Shown here piece after piece: positions 39,886 through 48,990 of a DNA stretch of 64,000 nucleotides. The translations under genes were made by a program, and so were the position numbers. The notes below the pieces were generated by a model, which was not told the origin of the DNA, did not search any database, and worked only from the letters and a program-made list of their open reading frames with translations. Numbering within the stretch: the stretch's first letter is position 1; each line of letters starts with the position of its first letter. The DNA is taken from positions 896,001-960,000 of the forward strand of contig OY761611.1 in the NCBI GenBank assembly GCA_963664875.1. Reading direction: 5' to 3'. The stretch comes from Candidatus Kapaibacterium sp. GTDB lineage: Bacteria; Bacteroidota; Ignavibacteria; Kapaibacteriales; UBA2268.

Positions 39886-41767
39886 ACTCAAACAGATTAA
39901 AGCTAATTATGAAGCAAAACAAAAATTAGTCAAAAAAAGAATCATTGTTTGCGCCGGCACAGGTTGCGTAGCTAATGGCTCTAAAAAGATTTATGACGAA
40001 TTGAAAAAACAGATAGTAGCTCAAGGTTTAGAGCTTTCTGTAGATATTAGATTCGAACACGACGAAAAAGAAAAAATGTATGTCTCTCAGAGCGGTTGCC
40101 AAGGGTTCTGCCAAATGGGCCCTCTTGTAACTATTGAGCCTGCTGATATACATTACCTTAAAGTAAAAGAAAGTGATATTGAAGAGATTGTAGAAAAATC
40201 TGTTAAAAATGATGAAATCATTGACAGATTGCTCTTCAAAGACCCTAAAACAAAAGAAAGATGTAAAGGCACTAAAGAGATTCCATTCTACAAACGCCAA
40301 ATGCGTTTGACTCTAAAAGAGTGCGGTATGATAGATCCGGGAAGTATAGATGAATACATCAACCACGATGGTTATATCGCTGCTTACAGAGCTTATACAG
40401 AAATGGAACCTGCAGAAATTTGCAAATCTATTTTGGATTCCGGTCTCCGCGGCAGAGGTGGCGGTGGTTTCCCAACAGGTAAAAAATGGGAACTTACTCT
40501 CATCCAGCCCGGTCCAAAAAAATATGTTATTTGTAACGGTGACGAAGGCGATCCCGGTGCATTCATGGACAGATCTGTGATGGAAGGTAATCCTCACTCT
40601 GTTATTGAAGGTATGATGATTGCGGCGAAAGCTATCGGAGCTAACGAAGGTTACGTTTACGTTCGTACAGAATACCCTTTTGCGGTTCAAAGAGTGCGTC
40701 AGGCAGTCAAAGACGCTGAAGAAATGGGTATTTTAGGCGACGACATATTTGGCACAGGTGCCAGCTTCAGAATTGAAGTAATGGAAGGTGCCGGAGCATT
40801 TGTTTGCGGTGAAGAAACTGCTCTTATTTCTTCTATCGAAGGTCTCCGTGGCATGCCTATGCCAAAACCACCGTTCCCTGCAGAATCAGGCTTGAACGGC
40901 AAACCAACTGTAATCAATAACGTTGAAACTCTCGCTTCTGTACCTCTTATAATGAGAAACGGCAGCGACTTCTATAAAGCATTAGGAACTGAAACATCTC
41001 CGGGTACAAAAACATTTGCACTTACCGGTCACGTAGCAAATACGGGTCTTATCGAAGTACCTTTTGGTACTACTTTAAGAGAGATTGTTTATAACATCGG
41101 TGGTGGTGTTTTAAACAGCATGGGTAAAGCATCTGACGTTCCGTTCAAAGCAGTACAAATCGGTGGCCCTTCAGGTGGCTGTTTGACTCAGGCACACTTA
41201 GATTTACCTCTTGACTTCGACTCTCTTCGCAGCATCGGTGCGATGGTAGGCTCAGGTGGTCTTGTTGTTATGAACGAAAACACTTGTATGGTTCGTATCG
41301 CAAAATACTTCATGGAGTTTACACAAAACGAATCATGCGGTAAATGTGTCCCTTGTCGCGAAGGTACTAAGCAAATGCTTGCACTTTTGGAAGACATCGT
41401 AGAAGGCAGAGCCACTATGGACACTTTAGATTTGCTTGAAACATTAGCAAAAGCTGTTCAAAAAGGTTCACTTTGCGGTCTCGGCAAAACTGCTCCAAAT
41501 CCGGTACTTTCTACCTTGAAGCATTTCCGCCATGAATATTTGGCACACGTACAAGACAAATGCTGCCCGGCTAAAGAATGTGAAGCTCTTGTTGAGCCTG
41601 AAATTCTTGCTGAAAACTGCAAAGGTTGCGGTGTTTGTATTAAAGCTTGCCCTGTAAATGCTATCTCCGGAGAGAGAAAATCTGTTCACGTACTTGATGC
41701 AGAAGTATGTATCAAATGCGGGTCATGTAAACAAGTTTGTAAGTTCAACGCTATTGTCGGAGTTTAA
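39866..41767 (+). CDS. NuoF-like NADH/FMN-binding hydrogenase subunit (HydB/HndC-like)
   Basis: GLRGRGGGGFPTG, CNGDEGDPGAFMDRS, ESCGKCVPCREG, C-terminal 2x[4Fe-4S]; start after AAGGAGG. Confidence 0.94.
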   Translation: MNQHLDKLKQIKANYEAKQKLVKKRIIVCAGTGCVANGSKKIYDELKKQIVAQGLELSVDIRFEHDEKEKMYVSQSGCQGFCQMGPLVTIEPADIHYLKVKESDIEEIVEKSVKNDEIIDRLLFKDPKTKERCKGTKEIPFYKRQMRLTLKECGMIDPGSIDEYINHDGYIAAYRAYTEMEPAEICKSILDSGLRGRGGGGFPTGKKWELTLIQPGPKKYVICNGDEGDPGAFMDRSVMEGNPHSVIEGMMIAAKAIGANEGYVYVRTEYPFAVQRVRQAVKDAEEMGILGDDIFGTGASFRIEVMEGAGAFVCGEETALISSIEGLRGMPMPKPPFPAESGLNGKPTVINNVETLASVPLIMRNGSDFYKALGTETSPGTKTFALTGHVANTGLIEVPFGTTLREIVYNIGGGVLNSMGKASDVPFKAVQIGGPSGGCLTQAHLDLPLDFDSLRSIGAMVGSGGLVVMNENTCMVRIAKYFMEFTQNESCGKCVPCREGTKQMLALLEDIVEGRATMDTLDLLETLAKAVQKGSLCGLGKTAPNPVLSTLKHFRHEYLAHVQDKCCPAKECEALVEPEILAENCKGCGVCIKACPVNAISGERKSVHVLDAEVCIKCGSCKQVCKFNAIVGV

Positions 41768-41771
41768 GAGA

Positions 41772-43763
41772 ATGAAAACTTTATTTGTAAACGGCAGAGA
41801 AGTTGCATTCGACAACGAGAAAAATCTGCTTGAAGTTATTCGCAAAGCGAATATCGAAATCCCTACTTTCTGCTACCACTCTGAGCTTAGCGTTTACGGA
41901 GCTTGCAGACTTTGTATGGTAGATATCGAAGGTCGCGGTCTAATCACTTCTTGCTCTACAAAACCGGAAGAAGGTATGAAAGTTAAAACTCATACTTCCG
42001 AATTGAGAGAAATGAGAAAAATCATTTTAGAGCTTTTGCTTGCTAATCATGACAGAGACTGTACTTCTTGCCAGAAAAATGCGAACTGTAAATTGCAGGA
42101 TTTGGCTTATAAATTAGGTGTGGACAAAATCAGATTCAAAAAAACTGAAAAAATATTACCTATAGATTATTCTTCAAAAGCCTTAGTACGCGACCCTAAC
42201 AAATGTATTCTTTGTGGCGATTGTGTTCGTGCCTGCTCTGAAATACAAGGTATCGGTGCTATTGACTTTGCTCACAGAGGTTCATTCATTCAGGTAACTC
42301 CTGCATTTGGAAAAGACCTCGCTATGGTAGAATGTGTCGATTGCGGTCAGTGTGCAAGAGTATGCCCTACCGGCTCAATTACTCCTAGATCGGAAATTGA
42401 TATAGTATGGGCTGATATTGACAATCCAAACAAAAAAGTTGTAGCTCAAATTGCTCCTGCAGTAAGAGTAGCTATCGGTGAGATGTTCGGTTTGCAACCC
42501 GGCGATGTGCTTACAGGCCAAATCGCAGCTGCTTTGAGATTACTCGGATTTGATCAGGTATATGACACTTCATTTACTGCAGATTTGACAGTAATCGAAG
42601 AAGCCAATGAATTTGTTAAAAGAAAAAATTCAGGCGATAATTTGCCGCTAATGACTTCTTGCTGCCCGGGTTGGGTAAAATATGTTGAACAGTATCACCC
42701 GGAACATCTTGCTAATCTTTCGACTTGCAAGTCACCTCAGCAGATGTTTGGCTCTGTAGCGAAAGATCTACTTCCTAAAGAATTTGGCACAACAAGAGAA
42801 GATTTAGTAGTAGTTTCAATCATGCCATGTACTGCCAAAAAGTTTGAAGCAAAAAGACCTGAATTTTATACAGACAATGTTGCTGATGTTGATCATGTAA
42901 TCACCACTCAGGAACTTGCTTCTATGATCAAACAGGCAGGTATCAACTTTAAAGATTTGGATCCGGAACCATTAGATATGCCTTTCGGCTTTAAGTCAGG
43001 AGCAGGTGTACTATTTGGTAATACAGGCGGTGTGAGCGAAGCTGTTTTGAGATACTTGTACGAAAAAATCAAAGGCGTACAATTAGAATCAGTTTACTTC
43101 CATGAAGCTCGCGGTTTGAAAGGCGTAAAAGAAGTATGTGTTAATCTGAATGGAGCTGATGTAAACATAGCAATCGTAAACGGTCTATCTAACATCAAAC
43201 ATGTACTCAAAGAAATGAAAGAAGGCAAAAAGCACTACGATTTCATAGAAGTTATGTCTTGCCCAGGTGGTTGCATCGGTGGTGCTGGTCAGCCTGTATG
43301 CTACGATACTGCAGTTAAGGAAAGCAGAGCAGAAGGTATCTACAATTCAGATAAAATGCTCAAAGTCAGAAAAGCTCAGGAAAATCCGTATATCAATGAG
43401 TTGTACGAAACCCGCTTAGGCGAAATTGGTGGCAAATCAGCTCATGACTTGCTTCACACTCATTACCATAACAGAAAACGCATTGCAGACGAACAGTTGG
43501 CATTGCTTAATGATCCTAACTCAAACACTCTCGAAATTGGCGTTTGTATAGGAACTAACTGTTTCATCAAAGGCTCTCAGAAACTATTGAGCAAATTGAT
43601 GAACTATGTTGAAGAAAAAGGCATAGCAGAAAAAGTAAATCTACATGCAAATTTCTGTATGGAAAGTTGCGAACACGGTCCAAGTGTTACCGTAGGCAAC
43701 AACAAGATTACTCATTGCACATTTGAGATGGCAGTGGAAGCAATCGAAAAAGCTCTTGTATAA
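41772..43763 (+). CDS. hydA: [FeFe]-hydrogenase catalytic subunit, group A3 type, with C-terminal thioredoxin-like [2Fe-2S] domain
   Basis: H-cluster motifs TSCCPGW, MPCTAKKFE, EVMSCPGGCIGGAGQP; N-terminal FeS clusters; C-terminal CIGTNC...CMESC; start MKTLFV. Confidence 0.94.
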   Translation: MKTLFVNGREVAFDNEKNLLEVIRKANIEIPTFCYHSELSVYGACRLCMVDIEGRGLITSCSTKPEEGMKVKTHTSELREMRKIILELLLANHDRDCTSCQKNANCKLQDLAYKLGVDKIRFKKTEKILPIDYSSKALVRDPNKCILCGDCVRACSEIQGIGAIDFAHRGSFIQVTPAFGKDLAMVECVDCGQCARVCPTGSITPRSEIDIVWADIDNPNKKVVAQIAPAVRVAIGEMFGLQPGDVLTGQIAAALRLLGFDQVYDTSFTADLTVIEEANEFVKRKNSGDNLPLMTSCCPGWVKYVEQYHPEHLANLSTCKSPQQMFGSVAKDLLPKEFGTTREDLVVVSIMPCTAKKFEAKRPEFYTDNVADVDHVITTQELASMIKQAGINFKDLDPEPLDMPFGFKSGAGVLFGNTGGVSEAVLRYLYEKIKGVQLESVYFHEARGLKGVKEVCVNLNGADVNIAIVNGLSNIKHVLKEMKEGKKHYDFIEVMSCPGGCIGGAGQPVCYDTAVKESRAEGIYNSDKMLKVRKAQENPYINELYETRLGEIGGKSAHDLLHTHYHNRKRIADEQLALLNDPNSNTLEIGVCIGTNCFIKGSQKLLSKLMNYVEEKGIAEKVNLHANFCMESCEHGPSVTVGNNKITHCTFEMAVEAIEKALV

Positions 43764-43791
43764 GATTTATCTCCCTATAACATAAACCCAT

Positions 43792-43939
43792 AAGGCTCGG
43801 GTTGCTTTGAAAAAAGCCCATTAAATTTCATAGTAATCCGGCCTTTGTTTAAAAAAGATGTTTTCCTTCCTGAAAGTCTGGACTCGACGATATAAGTGTG
43901 TTTCCCAAAGTGTGTGTGATGTGTGTTGAGTTCAGACTT
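43792..43939 (+). other. two long RNA hairpins downstream of hydA (candidate structured RNA)
   Basis: 43792-43845 and 43874-43939, 14-15 bp stems each with two G-U pairs on the + strand. Confidence 0.45.
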
Positions 43940-44004
43940 CCTATATTTCCAAAGTATTAAAGTATATAAATCAACAGTTTACTTTTTCGCAGATATTTGC
44001 TAAA

Positions 44005-44358
44005 TTGCGAGAGAATGTAAAGTTTAATACAATAAATAAATATATAAACAATCCTGATTTACATAAATTACCAGAACCTACAATTGAAGAACGTGATGGT
44101 GGAGTTATGATTTCCATTCAAAAATTTAAATATAAGGAAAAGGAAGGTGGGTCAATAGGTTTATCAGATACACAGAAGTTGCTTATACAAATAATTGATC
44201 AGAACCCTAAAATAACTATAAAAGATATTGCACATAATCTTAATATTAATACATCAGCAGTTGACAAACATATTGTAACTCTTAAAAAGAAAGGCGTTTT
44301 GCAAAGAATTGGTGGCACTCGGGGCTACTGGAAAATAATTGAAACAAAAGTGAAATAA
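44005..44358 (+). pseudogene. C-terminal fragment of an ATP-binding/AlbA-type regulator with winged HTH
   Basis: LPEPTIEE...LSDTQK...NPKITIKDIA...LKKKGVLQRIGGTRGYWKI resembles the tail of longer proteins; no clear start. Confidence 0.6.
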
Positions 44359-44361
44359 AAT

Positions 44362-44472
44362 ATGAAACGAATAATACTACTACCCACTCTACTTCTGATT
44401 TTACTAACTATTTGTAAAGCAGAAGACAATTATTTTAATCAGAGACCGGAAATAGGAACGATTTACTATTAG
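44362..44472 (+). pseudogene. signal-peptide remnant of a secreted protein
   Basis: MKRIILLPTLLLILLTICKAEDNYFNQRPEIGTIYY* stops after 36 codons. Confidence 0.45.
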
Positions 44473-44584
44473 ATATAGCCTTACAACTTTATAATATCCA
44501 CCTGCTTTGATTATTTTACTTAGAAGAATAAACTTGTAAACACCCGATACAAATCATAATTTCTGGATCTAGTTTTATCGTATT

Positions 44585-44645
44585 TCTAATACTCCATCGG
44601 CAGAGCCAGAAGCTCATCATATCTGTAAACAGGGCCGTCTTTGCA
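44585..44645 (-). repeat. 61-bp duplicate of the flxA 3' end (att-like direct repeat)
   Basis: Matches 47144-47204 with 2 mismatches, both synonymous; encodes CKDGPVYRYDELLALPMEY*. Confidence 0.9.
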
Positions 44646-44723
44646 TAAGTAAACGAAGCGCTGTTCAATATCTACTTTTTTGCATTCATTACTTGAATTT
44701 AAAAATGTATAGTAGCAAGCTAT

Positions 44724-45281
44724 CTAAAGTATTACTCGACCAGCTTCTGTAATAACATCTTCAAAAGCCAACGCAACAAATAACAAGGTAAAAATAATAT
44801 TTAGTATCAGATCTTTAAAAAACTCAAGTTTATTTTGTAAACTACTATTCTTGATATTATTAGTATCTATTGTTTGGAGTTTGTGATATATTAGTTTCCA
44901 AATAACTCCAAACATCGCAACAAGAATAGCATATAAAATCCATCCATACACATAAAAATACGTGGGAATAGTTCCCTGATAAATATTTACCTCTTTTATT
45001 CCCAATTGAAATATTGATACACTGAATGCTCCCATTATAGGAAAAAACATCAAGCTAAGAAAAGTTAATACGAGTGACAATGATCTTTTGTCTTCAAGTT
45101 TCCTGATTCTTTTTAAAAACTTTATATCCTCTATAGAGTTAACATTTCGCATATTCAGTTTCTTTTTTCCGCGCTTTATTCCACCTATTAAAAAATGAGT
45201 ACGCATAGAGCTTATGCCGAAAAACATAAAGAAAAAACCCATAAAATAGGCATTTACTGCATACGCTAGTTCATAATTCAA
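44724..45281 (-). CDS. hypothetical membrane protein, about 4 TM
   Basis: Four hydrophobic segments; GAGGAG RBS upstream. Confidence 0.7.
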   Translation of the reverse strand: MNYELAYAVNAYFMGFFFMFFGISSMRTHFLIGGIKRGKKKLNMRNVNSIEDIKFLKRIRKLEDKRSLSLVLTFLSLMFFPIMGAFSVSIFQLGIKEVNIYQGTIPTYFYVYGWILYAILVAMFGVIWKLIYHKLQTIDTNNIKNSSLQNKLEFFKDLILNIIFTLLFVALAFEDVITEAGRVIL

Positions 45282-45413
45282 TTTTCCTACTCCTCTAAAA
45301 TTCTTATGCTCAGTTTTAAGTTATTGGAGCTATAACATATTCAATGGTGCTGTAATTTGCTATTATTTACTCATATTCTGCAATCCAATTGAATATTTAT
45401 GGGATATCATCTT

Positions 45414-46130
45414 TTAAAAGTCACTCTGCAATAGTATCGGAGGATAAAAAGGACTGACTATCATTGCACCAGCGTCATATCCATATATCTTAAGTAAACT
45501 AAAAAATTGCAAGCTATTTCTACTTACTCTTGGAATTACTATACTATCGATGTTTACTTTATGAAATTTGCCTTTGAAACCTGGGAAAATCGTGTATATA
45601 TAAATGCTATCTAAAGTTGAATATATATTGTCAGTTGTACTGTCTAGTCCTTCTGTATAGAAAATACTATCTCGACCCATAACAGTAGCTTTGTTTGTCC
45701 ACCCCAAGTAGAATCCTTTTAAGTCGGTCTCCTCTTTATTTTTTATATTTATACCTATCACATTATAATGTGCTTTATCATATGTCTTTAAATAATTTGA
45801 TCCAGCAATAGCTCCAAAAAACACACTATCAATTTCGCTTAATCTTGATGGAAATTTTAGCATCCAATCACAGTTTGAAAACATAATACTATCTTCTGAA
45901 AAAGTACTCAACACACTTTGGTATTGATAATTTGGATGGACGACAAAATCATAAAATCTAGCATAAAATTCATGATGTGGATTTTTAACTTCATTAGCCA
46001 ATTTATCAATAATTGTTATATTATACATTTCTAAAGGGATATCTATTTTTATTTTCTTTTCCAAGTTATTACAAGAATAAAGAGCGAACACTAGCATAGT
46101 TGATAATAATAGCTTAAATATTTTCTTCAT
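45414..46130 (-). CDS. hypothetical lipoprotein
   Basis: MKKIFKLLLSTMLVFALYSC lipobox; ATGA overlap with the upstream gene. Confidence 0.75.
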   Translation of the reverse strand: MKKIFKLLLSTMLVFALYSCNNLEKKIKIDIPLEMYNITIIDKLANEVKNPHHEFYARFYDFVVHPNYQYQSVLSTFSEDSIMFSNCDWMLKFPSRLSEIDSVFFGAIAGSNYLKTYDKAHYNVIGINIKNKEETDLKGFYLGWTNKATVMGRDSIFYTEGLDSTTDNIYSTLDSIYIYTIFPGFKGKFHKVNIDSIVIPRVSRNSLQFFSLLKIYGYDAGAMIVSPFYPPILLQSDF

Positions 46131-46522
46131 TTCCTCACTACTTCCTTTATCAATAGCACTTTACCATTTTTCTTTTGTATAGCTAAATATACAGTAGTTT
46201 CTTTATCAGTAGTACTTACTTCAAAAGTGAGAGAAACATACCACACGCTATCTTTTTCCAAATCACAATTTATTGAAATATGCTTTATGTTTTCCTCTCC
46301 ATATATAGGAATCAGCACAGCTTTTGCTATTTCTGCTGCCGTTTCCTTATATGGCACTGCATCTTCTATGTTTAACATATTATGCACGCCATCTTTACTC
46401 ACTTTACGCAATCGCTCTTTAAAATTCGGATCTGATCTGTCATATTTTCTAGCTTCAATAGAATTACAACTGACCAAAATGAGCACACAAGTAACTACAA
46501 ATAGAGAACACATAAACTTCAT
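46127..46522 (-). CDS. lipoprotein, NTF2-fold immunity (YbbC/YhhH-like) family
   Basis: Lipobox LVSC; AVPYKETAAEIAKAVLIPIYGEE...VWYV...IQKKNGKVL. Confidence 0.75.
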   Translation of the reverse strand: MKFMCSLFVVTCVLILVSCNSIEARKYDRSDPNFKERLRKVSKDGVHNMLNIEDAVPYKETAAEIAKAVLIPIYGEENIKHISINCDLEKDSVWYVSLTFEVSTTDKETTVYLAIQKKNGKVLLIKEVVRK

Positions 46523-46613
46523 AATATCTCTCAACCGGTAATTTTATAATTAAGTCTGAAAAGTTAAATCAAAATTTGATATTGAATTTATATATGTAAT
46601 CATCTATATTTGA

Positions 46614-47012
46614 TTAGCCACATGTTATTCTTAATATTTTCCCATCTTTTTTTTGTATATAAACTTGACCAACAAAATCAATATAGGATTAGCTCTTTTC
46701 AGTCCAAACGACATGATTATCTCCTTTTACATACCAAACACTATCTTGCAGTAACTTACACTTAAAAGGTCTTTGCTTAAATATAAATTCCTCACCATAA
46801 ATTGAAATCAGCACGGCTTCGGCAATTTTAATTGCAGCTTCTTCATTTGGAATTGCATCTCGCTGGTATAACAGATTGCTAGTGCTATTATTTATATCCT
46901 GCTGCAATTGTTCTTTTATAGAAGTATCTAATTTTTCAGTTGTTATAGATGTGCAACTAGAAATTAGGATTATGATTAATAATAACAACATAGAATTAAG
47001 CTTAGCCTTCAT
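46614..47012 (-). pseudogene. NTF2-fold immunity (YbbC/YhhH-like) lipoprotein with premature stop
   Basis: AIPNEEAAIKIAEAVLISIYGEE...KQRPF...VWYVKG; in-frame TAA at 46689-46691, then SYIDFVGQVYIQKKDGKILRITCG*. Confidence 0.75.
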
Positions 47013-47083
47013 CAAAGCATTCCTTTTATATATTTGATATTTGTAATCATACAAATCAATAAAATATTATTCCAAAAATATAC

Positions 47084-47119
47084 AAAAACCACTTACGCTG
47101 AAAAACACATAAGTGGTTT
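47084..47119 (-). terminator. terminator of the hdr-flx operon
   Basis: aaaccactta...taagtggttt stem with minus-strand T tract; TATTTTTG box just beyond it at 47073-47080. Confidence 0.7.
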
Positions 47120-47144
47120 AATATAAGTTTTATATTTTCTCTCT

Positions 47145-47978
47145 CTAATACTCCATCGGCAGAGCCAGTAGCTCGTCATATCTGTAAACAGGGCCGTCTT
47201 TGCAGACGTAGTTGCTGCCTACCATGCAGTGACCGCATTTACCTATGCCGCATTTCATTCTGTTTTCCAATGTAGTGTAGATATTTTCTACAGGGAAACC
47301 TAGTTTTTCTAATACAGGCATAGTGTATTTAATCATTATTGGCGGACCGCACACGATTGCTATTGTGTTTTCTGCTTTAGGTGCAATTTCTTCTACGATT
47401 GCAGGAACAAAACCCACTTTGCCTTTCCAATCCGGAGTTTCTCCGCCGGGATCGACTGTTACTGTCAAATTTACATCTGGGCGTTCTTCCCATTCTTTCA
47501 ATTCGTCTTTATAAACTAAATCGTTTTCAGTTCTTGCACCGTAAACGATAGAAACATCTTTGAAGTTTTCTCTTAGATCCAGAGCATTCCAAATTACGCA
47601 GCGTAGTGGCGGCAATGCAATACCTCCGGCGATGAATATAAGATTTTTACCTTTCCACTCATCTATTGGGAATGTGTTACCGTAAGGGCCTCTGAAACCA
47701 ATAATGTCGCCTTCTTCTCTGGAAGCTAATGCAGATGTGACTCTACCTACTTCTCTGAATGTACATTCTATATAGCCTTCTCTGGTTGGAGATGATGCAA
47801 TACAAAAAGTAGATTCGCCTTCACCAAAAACGGAATATTCGCCAAATTGTCCGGCTTTAAATTTGAATTTCTTCTCATCATCTGAGTTCATAAATTTGAG
47901 ACGAAATGTTCTGATATCAGGAGCTTCATCAGTTATTTTTTCAATTCGCATCATATATGGCACATACATATTTTCCAT
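47145..47978 (-). CDS. flxA: FAD/NAD(P)-binding oxidoreductase, FlxA/AsrB-like
   Basis: FRGPYGN, AGGIALPP, CGPPIM, MKCGIGKCGHC...CKDGPV; last gene of hdrCBA-flxDCBA order. Confidence 0.85.
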   Translation of the reverse strand: MENMYVPYMMRIEKITDEAPDIRTFRLKFMNSDDEKKFKFKAGQFGEYSVFGEGESTFCIASSPTREGYIECTFREVGRVTSALASREEGDIIGFRGPYGNTFPIDEWKGKNLIFIAGGIALPPLRCVIWNALDLRENFKDVSIVYGARTENDLVYKDELKEWEERPDVNLTVTVDPGGETPDWKGKVGFVPAIVEEIAPKAENTIAIVCGPPIMIKYTMPVLEKLGFPVENIYTTLENRMKCGIGKCGHCMVGSNYVCKDGPVYRYDELLALPMEY

Positions 47979-47979
47979 C

Positions 47980-48984
47980 TTACGCCTCCGATATCTTGAT
48001 CATTGTGTCAATAATATTCATGCCTGCCGGACAGTTATCAATGCATCTGCCGCAGCCAGTGCAGCTAAGCTGTCCCATAGTGTCAACTGAATATTTAAAT
48101 TTATGTAAAATTCTGTGTCTCCAGCGTTCAGTCTGCACTTCTCTAGGATTATGACCTGAAGCATGAACTGTAAAGAGATCAAATCCGCAGCTGTCCCATA
48201 ATCTTAATCTTCTTGATTCATGAGGATTTTTTTCATCCTGTATGTCGAAGCAAGTACAAGTAGGACAAGAAAATGCGCAAGAAGCACAAGAAAGACATTT
48301 ATCAGATTCTGCCTGCCAAAAATCAGCATCATAGATTTTATCAATATTTGCTTTTACTTTATTGATGTCAAATCTGATTTGCGGTTCTGCCAGATATTTT
48401 GTTTTATCCACATCTGAAGCTTGGGACATAATATTTTTATATGCTTCAAGTAAACTAGCTCCTCTATCAGTAACAACCTCAACTAAGAAGCCGGAATCAC
48501 CCATATCTGTGATATTAAGATCGCTTCCTCTTGTATTTCCGGGATTGCTACCAATAGAAGTACAAAAACATGTGTCTGTTGCTTCATTGCAGCTACAACT
48601 GATAATTGTAGTTTTTTCAAATCTATCAGCTATCAGTTTATCTGCATTCTCTTTAGTATAAAAATCTTTGAAGTAGTCCATACCGGAAGCGTCACATGGT
48701 TTTATGCCGTAAAGAACGCCTTCTTTTGCAGCTTCTGGTTCTATAATTTTAGTATTTTCACCATTGCCTTCGAATTTTACAAGTTCTTCGCATCTTGGGA
48801 AAAATACTGATTTAGCAGAAAGTTTAGTTTTTTTGCCAACATCGGCAATAGATCCAACTTCTTTTACTTCTGCAAAGTAGTTACTACCGTTATTCTCAAC
48901 CGGAGCATATAGCTTTTTGCCTGATTGAATTATACCTGACAAAAATTCCGGTAGCTTCTCTTTTGATAATTTATATTGTTGCAT
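47980..48984 (-). CDS. flxB: 4Fe-4S protein, FlxB/AsrA-like
   Basis: CLSCASCAFSCPTCTCF, RLWDSC, CTGCGRCIDNCP. Confidence 0.82.
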   Translation of the reverse strand: MQQYKLSKEKLPEFLSGIIQSGKKLYAPVENNGSNYFAEVKEVGSIADVGKKTKLSAKSVFFPRCEELVKFEGNGENTKIIEPEAAKEGVLYGIKPCDASGMDYFKDFYTKENADKLIADRFEKTTIISCSCNEATDTCFCTSIGSNPGNTRGSDLNITDMGDSGFLVEVVTDRGASLLEAYKNIMSQASDVDKTKYLAEPQIRFDINKVKANIDKIYDADFWQAESDKCLSCASCAFSCPTCTCFDIQDEKNPHESRRLRLWDSCGFDLFTVHASGHNPREVQTERWRHRILHKFKYSVDTMGQLSCTGCGRCIDNCPAGMNIIDTMIKISEA

Positions 48985-48990
48985 ATTTAC

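Larger units (their letters stand above)
44585..47204. mobile_element. small genomic islet inserted at the flxA 3' end, no integrase visible
   Basis: Flanking direct repeats, AT-rich accessory lipoprotein and immunity-like genes. Confidence 0.6.
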
